Shown piece after piece: positions 1 through 9,600 of a DNA stretch of 35,617 nucleotides. Location of the stretch: positions 507 to 36,123 of the forward strand of contig DAMCDT010000001.1 of assembly GCA_032058265.1 (NCBI GenBank), in the 5' to 3' direction. Source of the stretch: Tannerellaceae bacterium. Lineage in GTDB: Bacteria > Bacteroidota > Bacteroidia > Bacteroidales > Tannerellaceae. A program made the translations under genes and the position numbers. Numbering within the stretch: the stretch's first letter is position 1; each line of letters opens with the position of its first letter. Below the pieces are notes generated by a model that was given only the letters and a program-made list of their open reading frames with translations, did no database searches and was not told the origin of the DNA.

Positions 1-1
1 G

Positions 2-1168
2 AAATATGCTTTTTTCTCGGCTGAAGACGGGATGAATAAAAAAGCCATTCAGGAGTTCGTTGATGCAGAATATAATAAATATACTCTTGCACATCAGGAA
101 AAACAAGTGCAACAACAGCAGATACAGAGCCTGATAGATGCTTTTGCTCCGGTACGCAAAGACGATTACACCATTGTAAACAAAAACACAGGTGAAGTGA
201 TCGTTGAGTTTGACGATGGGAAACCCAGAAATAATTTCAGAAGCAATTCCCTGCCTCTCGCTAATTTGAAAATAAAGGACCATCTGGGCAACCTGGTGGC
301 AGTAATTCATGAAAATAACGAACGTCCGGCGTTTCCTGTTTATTGGTTCCATACCTACAACGATAGTATCTTCAAACTGGATAAATCCGGACCTATACAA
401 ACTGTACAAATGGAAGCCGTGCATAAATTAATTCTCAACGGTTATTTAGGAGAAGGTGAGCATTCGATTGCTTTTAAACAAAAACAGGCTACCGAAATAA
501 TGGCGGCAAACAAAGCTGCTGTCAAAGCAGCAGCCGAAGATTTTGAAAAACGGGTAAATGTGCAAGGTATCCTTACACTCACTGATGGTAAAGTACTTGA
601 GGGAGACTTCCGTATCGAATTCAGAGAGACGATAGACGGATATGTAGAGAAAGGGAATATTGCCAATCTGGATGGTAAAACGATAAGACACTATTACGTA
701 GAAAAAGGTAAAAACAAGAGTAAAGTGTACAAAGAAAAAGATATACAATCGTTTCAGGTAATCAATGAAAATGATCCCGATTATGATGAATATTATTGCA
801 AAATAGAATATATGCATACTCCCGCCAAAGCAGATATAGTTACTTCCGACGGAGCTTTAGATGCCTTTGCTTTGGGCAAAAACTTATTTGGGAACAAGCC
901 TAAAAAGAAAACCGCATTAGCTTATCGTGCAGTAGATATGCCTCGTATGGCTTTGTATCTTTCTGGTAATGACATTCTTATACAAGAAAAAGAGAGTGGT
1001 GTAATTACTGAGATCAACAAACAAGAGACAAACGAACAGCTTAAGCAAATAGCGTCAGACTGTCCTTCGGTACTGGAAGAGATAGATAACGGCAAGTATG
1101 GTTACGGACGGATGCTTATCTTCCATTTTTTTCAGGATTTGTATATGTGCCGTTATGCTTCTAACTGA
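2..1168 (+). CDS. Hypothetical protein, probably 5'-truncated by the window edge
   Basis: The frame is open from base 2 (KYAFFSAEDG-M), so the ATG at 32 may be internal. The protein is hydrophilic with no recognisable family motif. It is co-oriented with the next two genes. Confidence 0.75.
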   Translation, partial: KYAFFSAEDGMNKKAIQEFVDAEYNKYTLAHQEKQVQQQQIQSLIDAFAPVRKDDYTIVNKNTGEVIVEFDDGKPRNNFRSNSLPLANLKIKDHLGNLVAVIHENNERPAFPVYWFHTYNDSIFKLDKSGPIQTVQMEAVHKLILNGYLGEGEHSIAFKQKQATEIMAANKAAVKAAAEDFEKRVNVQGILTLTDGKVLEGDFRIEFRETIDGYVEKGNIANLDGKTIRHYYVEKGKNKSKVYKEKDIQSFQVINENDPDYDEYYCKIEYMHTPAKADIVTSDGALDAFALGKNLFGNKPKKKTALAYRAVDMPRMALYLSGNDILIQEKESGVITEINKQETNEQLKQIASDCPSVLEEIDNGKYGYGRMLIFHFFQDLYMCRYASN

Positions 1169-1243
1169 CCTAATTAATTGAAAGTTCCAACCCGTATGTA
1201 AATATGTTAATTGAATAGATTTTTAAAACAAGCTATTAACCAA

Positions 1244-2587
1244 ATGAAAAAACAATTGCTATTTCTCTTTTTTGTCCTGATCTGGGGATGCCATAAAGAG
1301 CAGACAATACCCGTGAGTATAGACGTTGTCCTTCATGTGAAGGATAATAACTATACCTCACCCTTGCATGTGGCTATCGAGAACCTGACCAAAGGGGCTG
1401 ACGGTTTTGAGTGGACGTTCGAAGGCGGAGAGCCGGCAACTTCCTCACAGAAAGACCCTGGCACTGTTACGTTTACCGAACCGGGTGAACATACCATCAC
1501 CCTGGATGCCTGGAACGACGGGGAGAGAAAAAGCAAAACATATACAATACGGGTAGACAATGCCGTAAGCGCCTCTTTTAAAGTGGAGGCAGAAGTAAAT
1601 AACTATGCTCCTGCCGTATTCCATATAACCAATCTCTCGGAAGGTGGTACTTCTTATACATGGACGTTTGAAGGAGGAGAACCGGGAACATACGAAGGTG
1701 CTGATCCTCCTCCGGTAACATATAGCCGGGAAGGAACATATACCATCTCGCTTACCGCGGAAAACGGCAGCGCCGAATTTACCAGCAGGGAAGTTATCAC
1801 CGTACGTGAGCCACTGGATGCTTCTTTTACCATTATCCCCTCTTTGGAAGATGAAGATGATATGGAAGCGCCTGTACGGGCAACTTTCGATACGCATCTA
1901 CAGGGAGTGGAAACCTTATTGTGGACATGCGAAGGCGCTACCATAACCCATCCGGAAGCCGTAGGCACGGATATTTATTTCCCGCAAGCAGGCCGGTATA
2001 CGGTTTACCTGGAAGTATCCAACGGAAAAGAGAGTAAGAGGTTGTCGCAACAAATTACAGTGAAAGCCAATACAAATTTGCGGACGCATAAAGATATACG
2101 TATGGGGATCAATACGGCGGGTGAAATGTACGGGACCCATTATTCCACGAAATTACGGAGGCTGTTTAAGGCATCCGAAATAGATGAGAGTAACGGCCCG
2201 CTGATCGATATCATTTATTTCGGGTTAAATACGGGTTTTACCTATAATTTGTTTGTCTCGCCCGATGCCGTACAGGATAAAACTTCTTTCCCGGCAATAC
2301 CTGACGCCCTTCCGGTCACCTTTATTAATAAATCTGAGAAAGCGTTGCAGACATTGTCGCCCGGCCATTTCAACAGCATGTCCACGGATGAAAGCCTTTT
2401 GGGCTTATCGGTTACTACCTGGACGAATTATATAGACGAAGCATTCGATAACGAAGGCTTACCGCGCGTCGTATTATTTGAAACGGGTGATGGAAGGAAA
2501 GGGGCTATTCTGGTGAAAGAAATGGTATCGAAAGGCAAAGATGACTCTTATATAACAGTGGATATTAAAGTGCAGAAAAATGATTAA
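1244..2587 (+). CDS. PKD-repeat lipoprotein
   Basis: ATG 1244 gives a signal peptide with lipobox (MKKQLLFLFFVLIWG-C). Three PKD-like Ig repeats follow (WTFEGGEP..PGEHTITLDA, WTFEGGEP..EGTYTISLTA, WTCEGA..AGRYTVYLEV), then a C-terminal domain ending RKGAILVKE..VDIKVQKND. Confidence 0.85.
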   Translation: MKKQLLFLFFVLIWGCHKEQTIPVSIDVVLHVKDNNYTSPLHVAIENLTKGADGFEWTFEGGEPATSSQKDPGTVTFTEPGEHTITLDAWNDGERKSKTYTIRVDNAVSASFKVEAEVNNYAPAVFHITNLSEGGTSYTWTFEGGEPGTYEGADPPPVTYSREGTYTISLTAENGSAEFTSREVITVREPLDASFTIIPSLEDEDDMEAPVRATFDTHLQGVETLLWTCEGATITHPEAVGTDIYFPQAGRYTVYLEVSNGKESKRLSQQITVKANTNLRTHKDIRMGINTAGEMYGTHYSTKLRRLFKASEIDESNGPLIDIIYFGLNTGFTYNLFVSPDAVQDKTSFPAIPDALPVTFINKSEKALQTLSPGHFNSMSTDESLLGLSVTTWTNYIDEAFDNEGLPRVVLFETGDGRKGAILVKEMVSKGKDDSYITVDIKVQKND

Positions 2588-4253
2588 AAGAATACCTCTA
2601 CTCTTCTTCTTACTCTTAACATGCCCGGCTCTGTACGGGCAGAGTTTCCGTATTGAAGAGGTAAAAGATATGTTTGGAAAAGGTAATCCCCTGAAACTGA
2701 CAGGCGGCTTCTCCGCTAATTCTGTAGTGAACGGCGGGAATGGAGCGGAAGGACGTGATCCCTTCACCTATTACCTGAACGGAAATATTAACCTGAACCT
2801 GTACGGATTGGTAAACCTGCCTTTTTCATTCAGCCTCACTAATTCGGGGACGAGTTATAAACTTCCGGCCAGTCCGAACAGGCTTAGTATCCATCCTTCT
2901 TATAAATGGATCACCGGACACTTTGGAGACGTATCGATGACATTTTCACCATATACACTGAACGGACACATGTTCACCGGGGCCGGCGTTGAACTGGCTC
3001 CCGACGGATGGGAATTTGCCGCTATGTACGGAAGACTTTTGAAAGCGGTAGAATATGACGAGGCGCAGCCTGCCTTCCTGCCTAACTACAAACGGATGGC
3101 TTATGGCATAAAGGCAGCAAGGATTGCTGACAAATACCAGGTTTCGATCAATATGTTAAATGCCAAAGATGTGGCGTCTTCCCTTGAATTTGCACCGGAC
3201 AGCCTGGGCATTACCCCTATGGAAAACATTGCCGGAAGCGTTTCATTCCTGTTACGTCCGGTTCGTTTCATTGAACTGAGCGGCGAATATGGTTTTAGCA
3301 GGCTGACAACGGATACCCGTTTCCACGGGGAAGAAAGGACGACTACCAATTACCATGCTTTTAAGGCACAACTGAGCTATGTAGGAGAAAATAATCGTTT
3401 TGGCGTGGGATATGAACGTATCGATCCGGGATATCATACTTTAGGAGCCTATTATTTTACCAATGACCTGGAAAATATCACCCTGAATGCATACCAGTCG
3501 TTTTGGGAGAATAAAATGAGCCTGACCCTCAGCATCGGATATGAGCATGACGACCTGGCTTCAGTCAAAGCCAGCGCCTCATCCAGGATAATCGGTTCGG
3601 CCAACCTGACAGCGGCATTCAGCGAACGTGTAAATGCAAACGTTTCATATTCAAACTTCCAGACACACACGAATGTACGCTCAAATTTTGAATTGATCAA
3701 TCAGGAGCATGTTCTGGACAAACTGGATACACTTAATTTCGTTCAGCTCAGCCAATCAGCCAACATGAACCTGAACATCATAACGAAAAAGTCGGAAACA
3801 CAGCTTCATAACCTTAATATGAACTTTTCCTACCAGGATGCAGCCAATAAACAGGGAGGTGTTTACCATCCGGGAAGTGTTACCGAAATGATCAATGCGT
3901 CCGGGTCTTATGCATGGACCTTTATTGAAACGGGATTAACGCTGAATGGCGCCATGAATTTTAATAACAGTAAAATACTTAACGGGAATACGGTTACATG
4001 GGGACCTACGCTTGGCGTTTCTTCCCGGTTATTTAAAAAGAAAGTTATGGTGGGTGGTTCCCTATCCTATAATACCGGCAATCTGGAAGGGGTAAAGCAG
4101 AACGAGGTGTTCCTCTTCAGGTTGAACAGTTCCTATTCGCCTTATAAAAAGCATAGTATAACACTGGCATATAATTTCCAGTGGCGTTCGGCCCTTAACC
4201 GTCCTACCACCAACACATCCTTACTGACGATAGGGTACGCTTATAATTTCTGA
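2580..4253 (+). CDS. Uncharacterised outer-membrane beta-barrel protein
   Basis: Signal peptide (..CPALYG-Q), many amphipathic beta-strand patterns and a C-terminal IGYAYNF BAM-type signal. Overlaps the upstream gene by 8 bp. Confidence 0.75.
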   Translation: MIKRIPLLFFLLLTCPALYGQSFRIEEVKDMFGKGNPLKLTGGFSANSVVNGGNGAEGRDPFTYYLNGNINLNLYGLVNLPFSFSLTNSGTSYKLPASPNRLSIHPSYKWITGHFGDVSMTFSPYTLNGHMFTGAGVELAPDGWEFAAMYGRLLKAVEYDEAQPAFLPNYKRMAYGIKAARIADKYQVSINMLNAKDVASSLEFAPDSLGITPMENIAGSVSFLLRPVRFIELSGEYGFSRLTTDTRFHGEERTTTNYHAFKAQLSYVGENNRFGVGYERIDPGYHTLGAYYFTNDLENITLNAYQSFWENKMSLTLSIGYEHDDLASVKASASSRIIGSANLTAAFSERVNANVSYSNFQTHTNVRSNFELINQEHVLDKLDTLNFVQLSQSANMNLNIITKKSETQLHNLNMNFSYQDAANKQGGVYHPGSVTEMINASGSYAWTFIETGLTLNGAMNFNNSKILNGNTVTWGPTLGVSSRLFKKKVMVGGSLSYNTGNLEGVKQNEVFLFRLNSSYSPYKKHSITLAYNFQWRSALNRPTTNTSLLTIGYAYNF

Positions 4254-4266
4254 TAATAGTTAAATA

Positions 4267-6627
4267 TCAGAACGGATACCCTACTGCCAGGTGCCAGCTC
4301 CAGCCGCCTTTGTCTTTGAAAGGATTGATGTTGAAGTATCCTCCCCTGTCTGTTTCATAAGGAACGTGCATGGCTAACCCTACATCGACGCGCACCACGA
4401 GGAAGTCGAGGTCGTAACGCAGTCCTGCACCTGTTCCTGTTGCCAGGTCGTTGAAGAACTTACCTTTTTTTAATTGCCCGCCGGGACGGCTTTCGTCTTT
4501 ACGGATCAGCCAGATCCCTCCACTATCCAGAAAGACAGCTCCGTTCAGATCGCCTACGATATTGAAACGGTACTCCAGGTTGGCTTCGAATTTCAAATCG
4601 CCTGTACGGTCTATATAGGCATACGGATTAACTGTCCCATCTGCCAGGAGTGGTGACTGATAACGTCCCGGACCGATACTACGGATCGTAAACGCCCTGA
4701 TACTATTTGCGCCACCGACATAGAACTGTTCATTATATGGAGCAACCCGCGCATTACCATAACTATAGATAGCTCCTGCCATTACACGGGCAACCAGCCT
4801 GTTGTTACGGTCGATACGGAAATTGTAACGGATTTCCGACGTTCCTTTTATAAACTGTGAGAAGTGGTTATTGAAAAGTTTTTTACCTTCTTCATTAAAT
4901 TTCTTCCCGGCTAGTGCATAAATACCCCCGATTATGTTTCCAGATTGTGTTACAGAACTTTGCCACCAAAAAGTATTCCTATCGGCTGTCATACTATTAT
5001 CATAGGTGAACGTATAACCCATAGCCGGTATAAATTGGTCTTGCAGGCTCATATAAAGTCCCCTATTCTGATCGGCAATCGTTTTGAAAGTATCCGTAGG
5101 ATTCAGTTTATTATAATTAAGCCTGAAAACTGTTATGGAATGACGTGTATTGATGGTTGGACGAAAGTCGTATGTCATACTTCCGCCAAAAGAATACATC
5201 CGGAAGAACCGTGCTCTGTTCAATAGGTCAGCAGACAGACGGAATGTCGTACTGGAAGGTTGTACCAAATCACGATACATAAATCCCGGGAAAAGGATAA
5301 ACGGGAAAGTAAGTGTTGAGCTCAACCCAAGCTCATAGCTGTTTACTTTCGATGAGCTACCATCTGCACGGTTACCGGTTTGCCATTCATAATTTCCCCG
5401 CAACTGCAGGCCTAATGTTTCGCCGCCTCTAAAAGCATTCCGCCTGGTCAGGCTGAAGATTGCTCCTGGTCCCGCATAATTATTGTCCTTGGCCGTTACA
5501 TTCACTTCCAGTTCTCCATCATACGGAAGGTCGTAAACTGTATTTACCCGCAAGTCGAGCAGGTTGTTGCGGCTCCTGCGTGATGTATCTTGTGGTGTAT
5601 ATTGAAATTCCGCATACCGGAAGATACTTAAACGGGAGATACCTGTTTGCGTACGTTGCTGGGCTTCCTGTTTATAAAGGTCGCCCGGTTTGAATGTGAA
5701 CCGGTTATATAATATAGCAGGCCGGACACGTAATTTTCCCTGGTAATAGATCATCATATCTTTATACAAAATAGAATCAGTAGGGAGTTCATTATCGTAC
5801 CCGTTCATATTGACAGATATATTTCCTATACGGTAAGGCCGCAGGGCGTTCCATGGTAAACCATCTGCCCGTGTGGCACGCAGCCATACTTTACCCGGCG
5901 TTATCAGCGTATCTGCCTGGTATACGATATGATTAGGCCTGAAATAATAAAATCCGTTATTCCGTAACAAATTAGAGATACGCTGTCTTTCCGCTTCCAA
6001 CTTAACCACATTAAACTGATCGTCTTTATGAAGAACTGTTTCGTCAAGCGTCGCTTGGATAAGCGTATCCGCGAAATGCCTCATCCGCATATACCGGATA
6101 CTATCGTACGCATATCCATGATTCATTTCGAGGCTATAACTGATCTTCGCTTTCCGGGGATTTTTCTTATCGGTAATAGTATCGAATGAAGCCGTACCGT
6201 CAAAGTAACCGTTTTCACGCAACAGGTTTCCGGCTACGGCGGTCCTTACTTCGGGATTTACCGTGCTTATAAAGACAGGCTTTGCTGCAAACCTGTTAAA
6301 TATCCACTTGCCCACCGCTCCTTTTTTATTTACAAACGCGTTGTATATCCATAAACCTACCGGAAGAGGAAAGCGTATTTTCGAACTTCCGAACAGCGAA
6401 TTATTAGGCGGATAAGATAAGGCTGATTCTATCTCCTGCATGGCCTCGTCATAAGCCGTGCTTTGCTGTGGATCAGCTACCTCTATATCTTTTATTCCTG
6501 TATATAATACTTCTCCTTCCGGGAGATTCTTTGTCGTTGAACATCCCGTAAACAATAAAAGTAACGCATAACCACTTATGAGGACCGTAAGAATTGTTTG
6601 CTTATATATGTTATGATATCTACTCAT
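4267..6627 (-). CDS. tamL: Omp85-family translocation and assembly module lipoprotein TamL (TamA-like)
   Basis: Lipobox LLFTG-C, POTRA-like region, Omp85 motif FYVGGANSIRAF and C-terminal HLAVGYPF. Directly downstream of tamB. Start is 6627 or 6648. Confidence 0.88.
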   Translation of the reverse strand: MSRYHNIYKQTILTVLISGYALLLLFTGCSTTKNLPEGEVLYTGIKDIEVADPQQSTAYDEAMQEIESALSYPPNNSLFGSSKIRFPLPVGLWIYNAFVNKKGAVGKWIFNRFAAKPVFISTVNPEVRTAVAGNLLRENGYFDGTASFDTITDKKNPRKAKISYSLEMNHGYAYDSIRYMRMRHFADTLIQATLDETVLHKDDQFNVVKLEAERQRISNLLRNNGFYYFRPNHIVYQADTLITPGKVWLRATRADGLPWNALRPYRIGNISVNMNGYDNELPTDSILYKDMMIYYQGKLRVRPAILYNRFTFKPGDLYKQEAQQRTQTGISRLSIFRYAEFQYTPQDTSRRSRNNLLDLRVNTVYDLPYDGELEVNVTAKDNNYAGPGAIFSLTRRNAFRGGETLGLQLRGNYEWQTGNRADGSSSKVNSYELGLSSTLTFPFILFPGFMYRDLVQPSSTTFRLSADLLNRARFFRMYSFGGSMTYDFRPTINTRHSITVFRLNYNKLNPTDTFKTIADQNRGLYMSLQDQFIPAMGYTFTYDNSMTADRNTFWWQSSVTQSGNIIGGIYALAGKKFNEEGKKLFNNHFSQFIKGTSEIRYNFRIDRNNRLVARVMAGAIYSYGNARVAPYNEQFYVGGANSIRAFTIRSIGPGRYQSPLLADGTVNPYAYIDRTGDLKFEANLEYRFNIVGDLNGAVFLDSGGIWLIRKDESRPGGQLKKGKFFNDLATGTGAGLRYDLDFLVVRVDVGLAMHVPYETDRGGYFNINPFKDKGGWSWHLAVGYPF

Positions 6628-9600
6628 TATTAGATGTTTGTTGTTCATTTTCTACATTTTCCTGCGTTTCGGTTGGCGTCGGAGCTTCTTCGGTTTCTTC
6701 TTCATCATCTACCGGCTCTACTTTCTTTTTTCTGAAATCGAATAATTCCCGCAATCTCCTTACTTTTTTGCGGAACACGATACCTGCACCGGTTTCCCTT
6801 ACCTGGCCTTCCAGAAGGCTTTCATAATTTATATCGTGGAATACCTTTACATTCTTAGTACCCGCGGGATCCAGACGGTATTCAACCGAAACATTGTCAA
6901 GGAACGTTTGTTCGCTCTGGGTAACTTCCTCTCCGGTAGATACTTTCCCTCCTATTACTACCCTGATGCGGTCGTTATAAAAACGTTTGGAGAAACGGAA
7001 GGAGAAGTCGCGGCGTTGTGATCCGGACGCATCGTCATACGTATCCATGCCGAAGGAAATATCGATGGTTTTCAACGCATCTCCTGCAATGTTATTGATC
7101 TCGCTGTTCAGGAAACTGTTCAAGGCGTCCGTCGCACTAAGATTCATACCATCACCGGTACCTCCTCCATAAAGATAAGACCCGGTTATCATCATAGCGA
7201 CAGCCTGCTTCGACCGTTCTTCGGGGCCCATGGATGCCAACTCGTTTTCAATAGCCATATTTTCCGGAGCAGATATGGTAAACTCCAGTTGCATATTATC
7301 CAGTCTGTCTCGTACATCGATACCGACATCGAAGTTAACCATTTGAGGAGTAGAAGATCCGGCTGTTTTGGCTGAAACGCGCATGCGCTCGGTAGCACGC
7401 ACATTCAAAAGCGGATTCAAAACCTCTCCATCCCATTGGACATAACTATCTTCTTGTATATTGAACTCTTTCAGTGGAATAACGGGAAGTGAATAATTAA
7501 TGACACCTTCCGAAAAAGTATATCTTCCATTCAGCACCATATCACCCTGCGGAGTATATTGGAATGAAAGATCCCCTCCCCCGGTTATTTCAGCATAGTT
7601 CGACTGATCCGGAGTAAGATCTACCCTTAATTGTACAACCGGGTCTATATGGATAACCATTAACATATCGATGCCGCCCAATGGCAAGGCTTCTTGTTGG
7701 CGGCGCATCCTTGTCAAAGTATCTGTAAACGATGTAAAAGTTACCAGGTCTTTTAAACGATCCTGCACCGTCAACGCTGATTCCGTCATCACATAGGTAA
7801 CATCCGTCCCTCCTAATACCTGCAAGTCACCACGTATGGCTAAAGCATTCAACGGACCTCTGACCGTAGAAGATAAATTGACAAATAATTTACCATATAC
7901 AATACTTTCTCCCGTTCGTTGCGCATCCAGTAATTGCATGTTATTGGCGCTTAACCGCAAGTCGGTCATTATCCTTGAGAAGTTAGCTACATCGATATTC
8001 CCGTCAATTACAAAAGGATTACTTCCGGTAGAAAGGATACTATAATTGTCAAATGTTATCAGGCTGTTATTTACTTCAATCCTTTTTTCATCCATTTGCA
8101 AACGGGTATCCGCCATACTTATGTATACGTCTGCCGTATCCAAATCGATATAACCGTTTAAGCGGGGAACAGAAGTTGAACCGGCTATGGCCATGCTTCC
8201 ATTGATCGCTCCGCTCAGGTCGGCCATTCCACCGGTAAAGGGGGATAGCATATTCAGCGGAAGCTGTATGATATCCAGTTGTCCTTGTATATTTTCCTGT
8301 TCATTTGCTTTATATAAAGCATTTGCCGTTATAAATTCATTTTGGTCGCGTGAAATATGGGCATCAACCTGATGTTCACTATTCTCTAACGGAAGATAAA
8401 CCGCATTCAACATGATCTCTCCGATACGTCCTTCTTCATAATATAAGTCATCTATATTGGCATCGGCTACCAACAGCATACTTTCTTCAGTAGGAGCGTA
8501 CCTTATATCTGCACTCAGCATCCCTTTCATACTTGGTAACTGAGGGAATCCGGTAGTCACCGTATCCAGGTTTATCTGGCTTAACTCAACATGTAATTCA
8601 GGAAATGTATCTCCGTTATCCACCGAATGAAACCAGAGGGAGGCATTTTCGTTACCACGTAACCTTATATCTGCGTCTATATCTTTTATACTTCTCAGGC
8701 GAAGATAATTATCCTGATTAAGTGTGAATTGGTTGAAGGCAATGATAGGCTCTTCGGGGAATAGCCGGAAAACAAAACCGGCCGTATCCTTTTGCGCGCT
8801 TACCCCCAAAAGCAATCCAACTTCATTATTCTGATTAAGATAAGTTACTTCAGCGTCTGCATACCGGCTTTCAATTGTTCCATGCACATGAGCTGTGAAA
8901 GGTACTTGCTGGCGGTATTTCTTTTTATAAACATCGGCCGTATAAAGTAATCCCGCAGTGTCGGGACGGATGGTTGCCCTCACCGTATCGATCAGGAATG
9001 TATCCCTGTATAATGAATAAATACCTGCATCCATTTGAATACCCTCTTCAGGAGAAGTGCTGGCTAAAACAGAGAATTGGCTAAACCCGATATAATAGGG
9101 CTGGAGGAAGTTATAAACAGGATTGTCTCGCCCCGCACTGACTGCTAAATTCATGTTAGGTAGCAATGGGCGCAGGGATGCGATATTTAATGAAGAATCC
9201 ACTTCCAACTGTTGGTTTAACCCGGCGGTAAAAGCAGAAACCTTATTCATCATCGTATCCAGCCCGGCATTTCCCGTGAGTACTACGCTTAGGTCTCCGG
9301 AATGCAAAGACACCCGTGATGTGTCGGGAGTTGTACGGGCGTACAATGTCAATAATTTCGGTTGATAGACTTTTTGCCTGGTCACAATCTCCCAATTCCC
9401 TAATGACACGTCTACTTTATTCGTTTGCTTCAGATCACTGCTTCCTTCAGCGAACAACTGAAAAGAAGTATGGAAAGTGCTGTCCATTAAATGCAATCCA
9501 TACAGATCGATCTTTTCTGCATCGATGATTACCATTGCCTGAACATCATCCTGACGGATGGTTCCGTCGACTGTAACATCCACTAACAATAACGAGTCAT

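Noticed and set aside
1211..1243. TTG start for the PKD lipoprotein
   Set aside because: ATG 1244 gives a canonical lipoprotein signal peptide.
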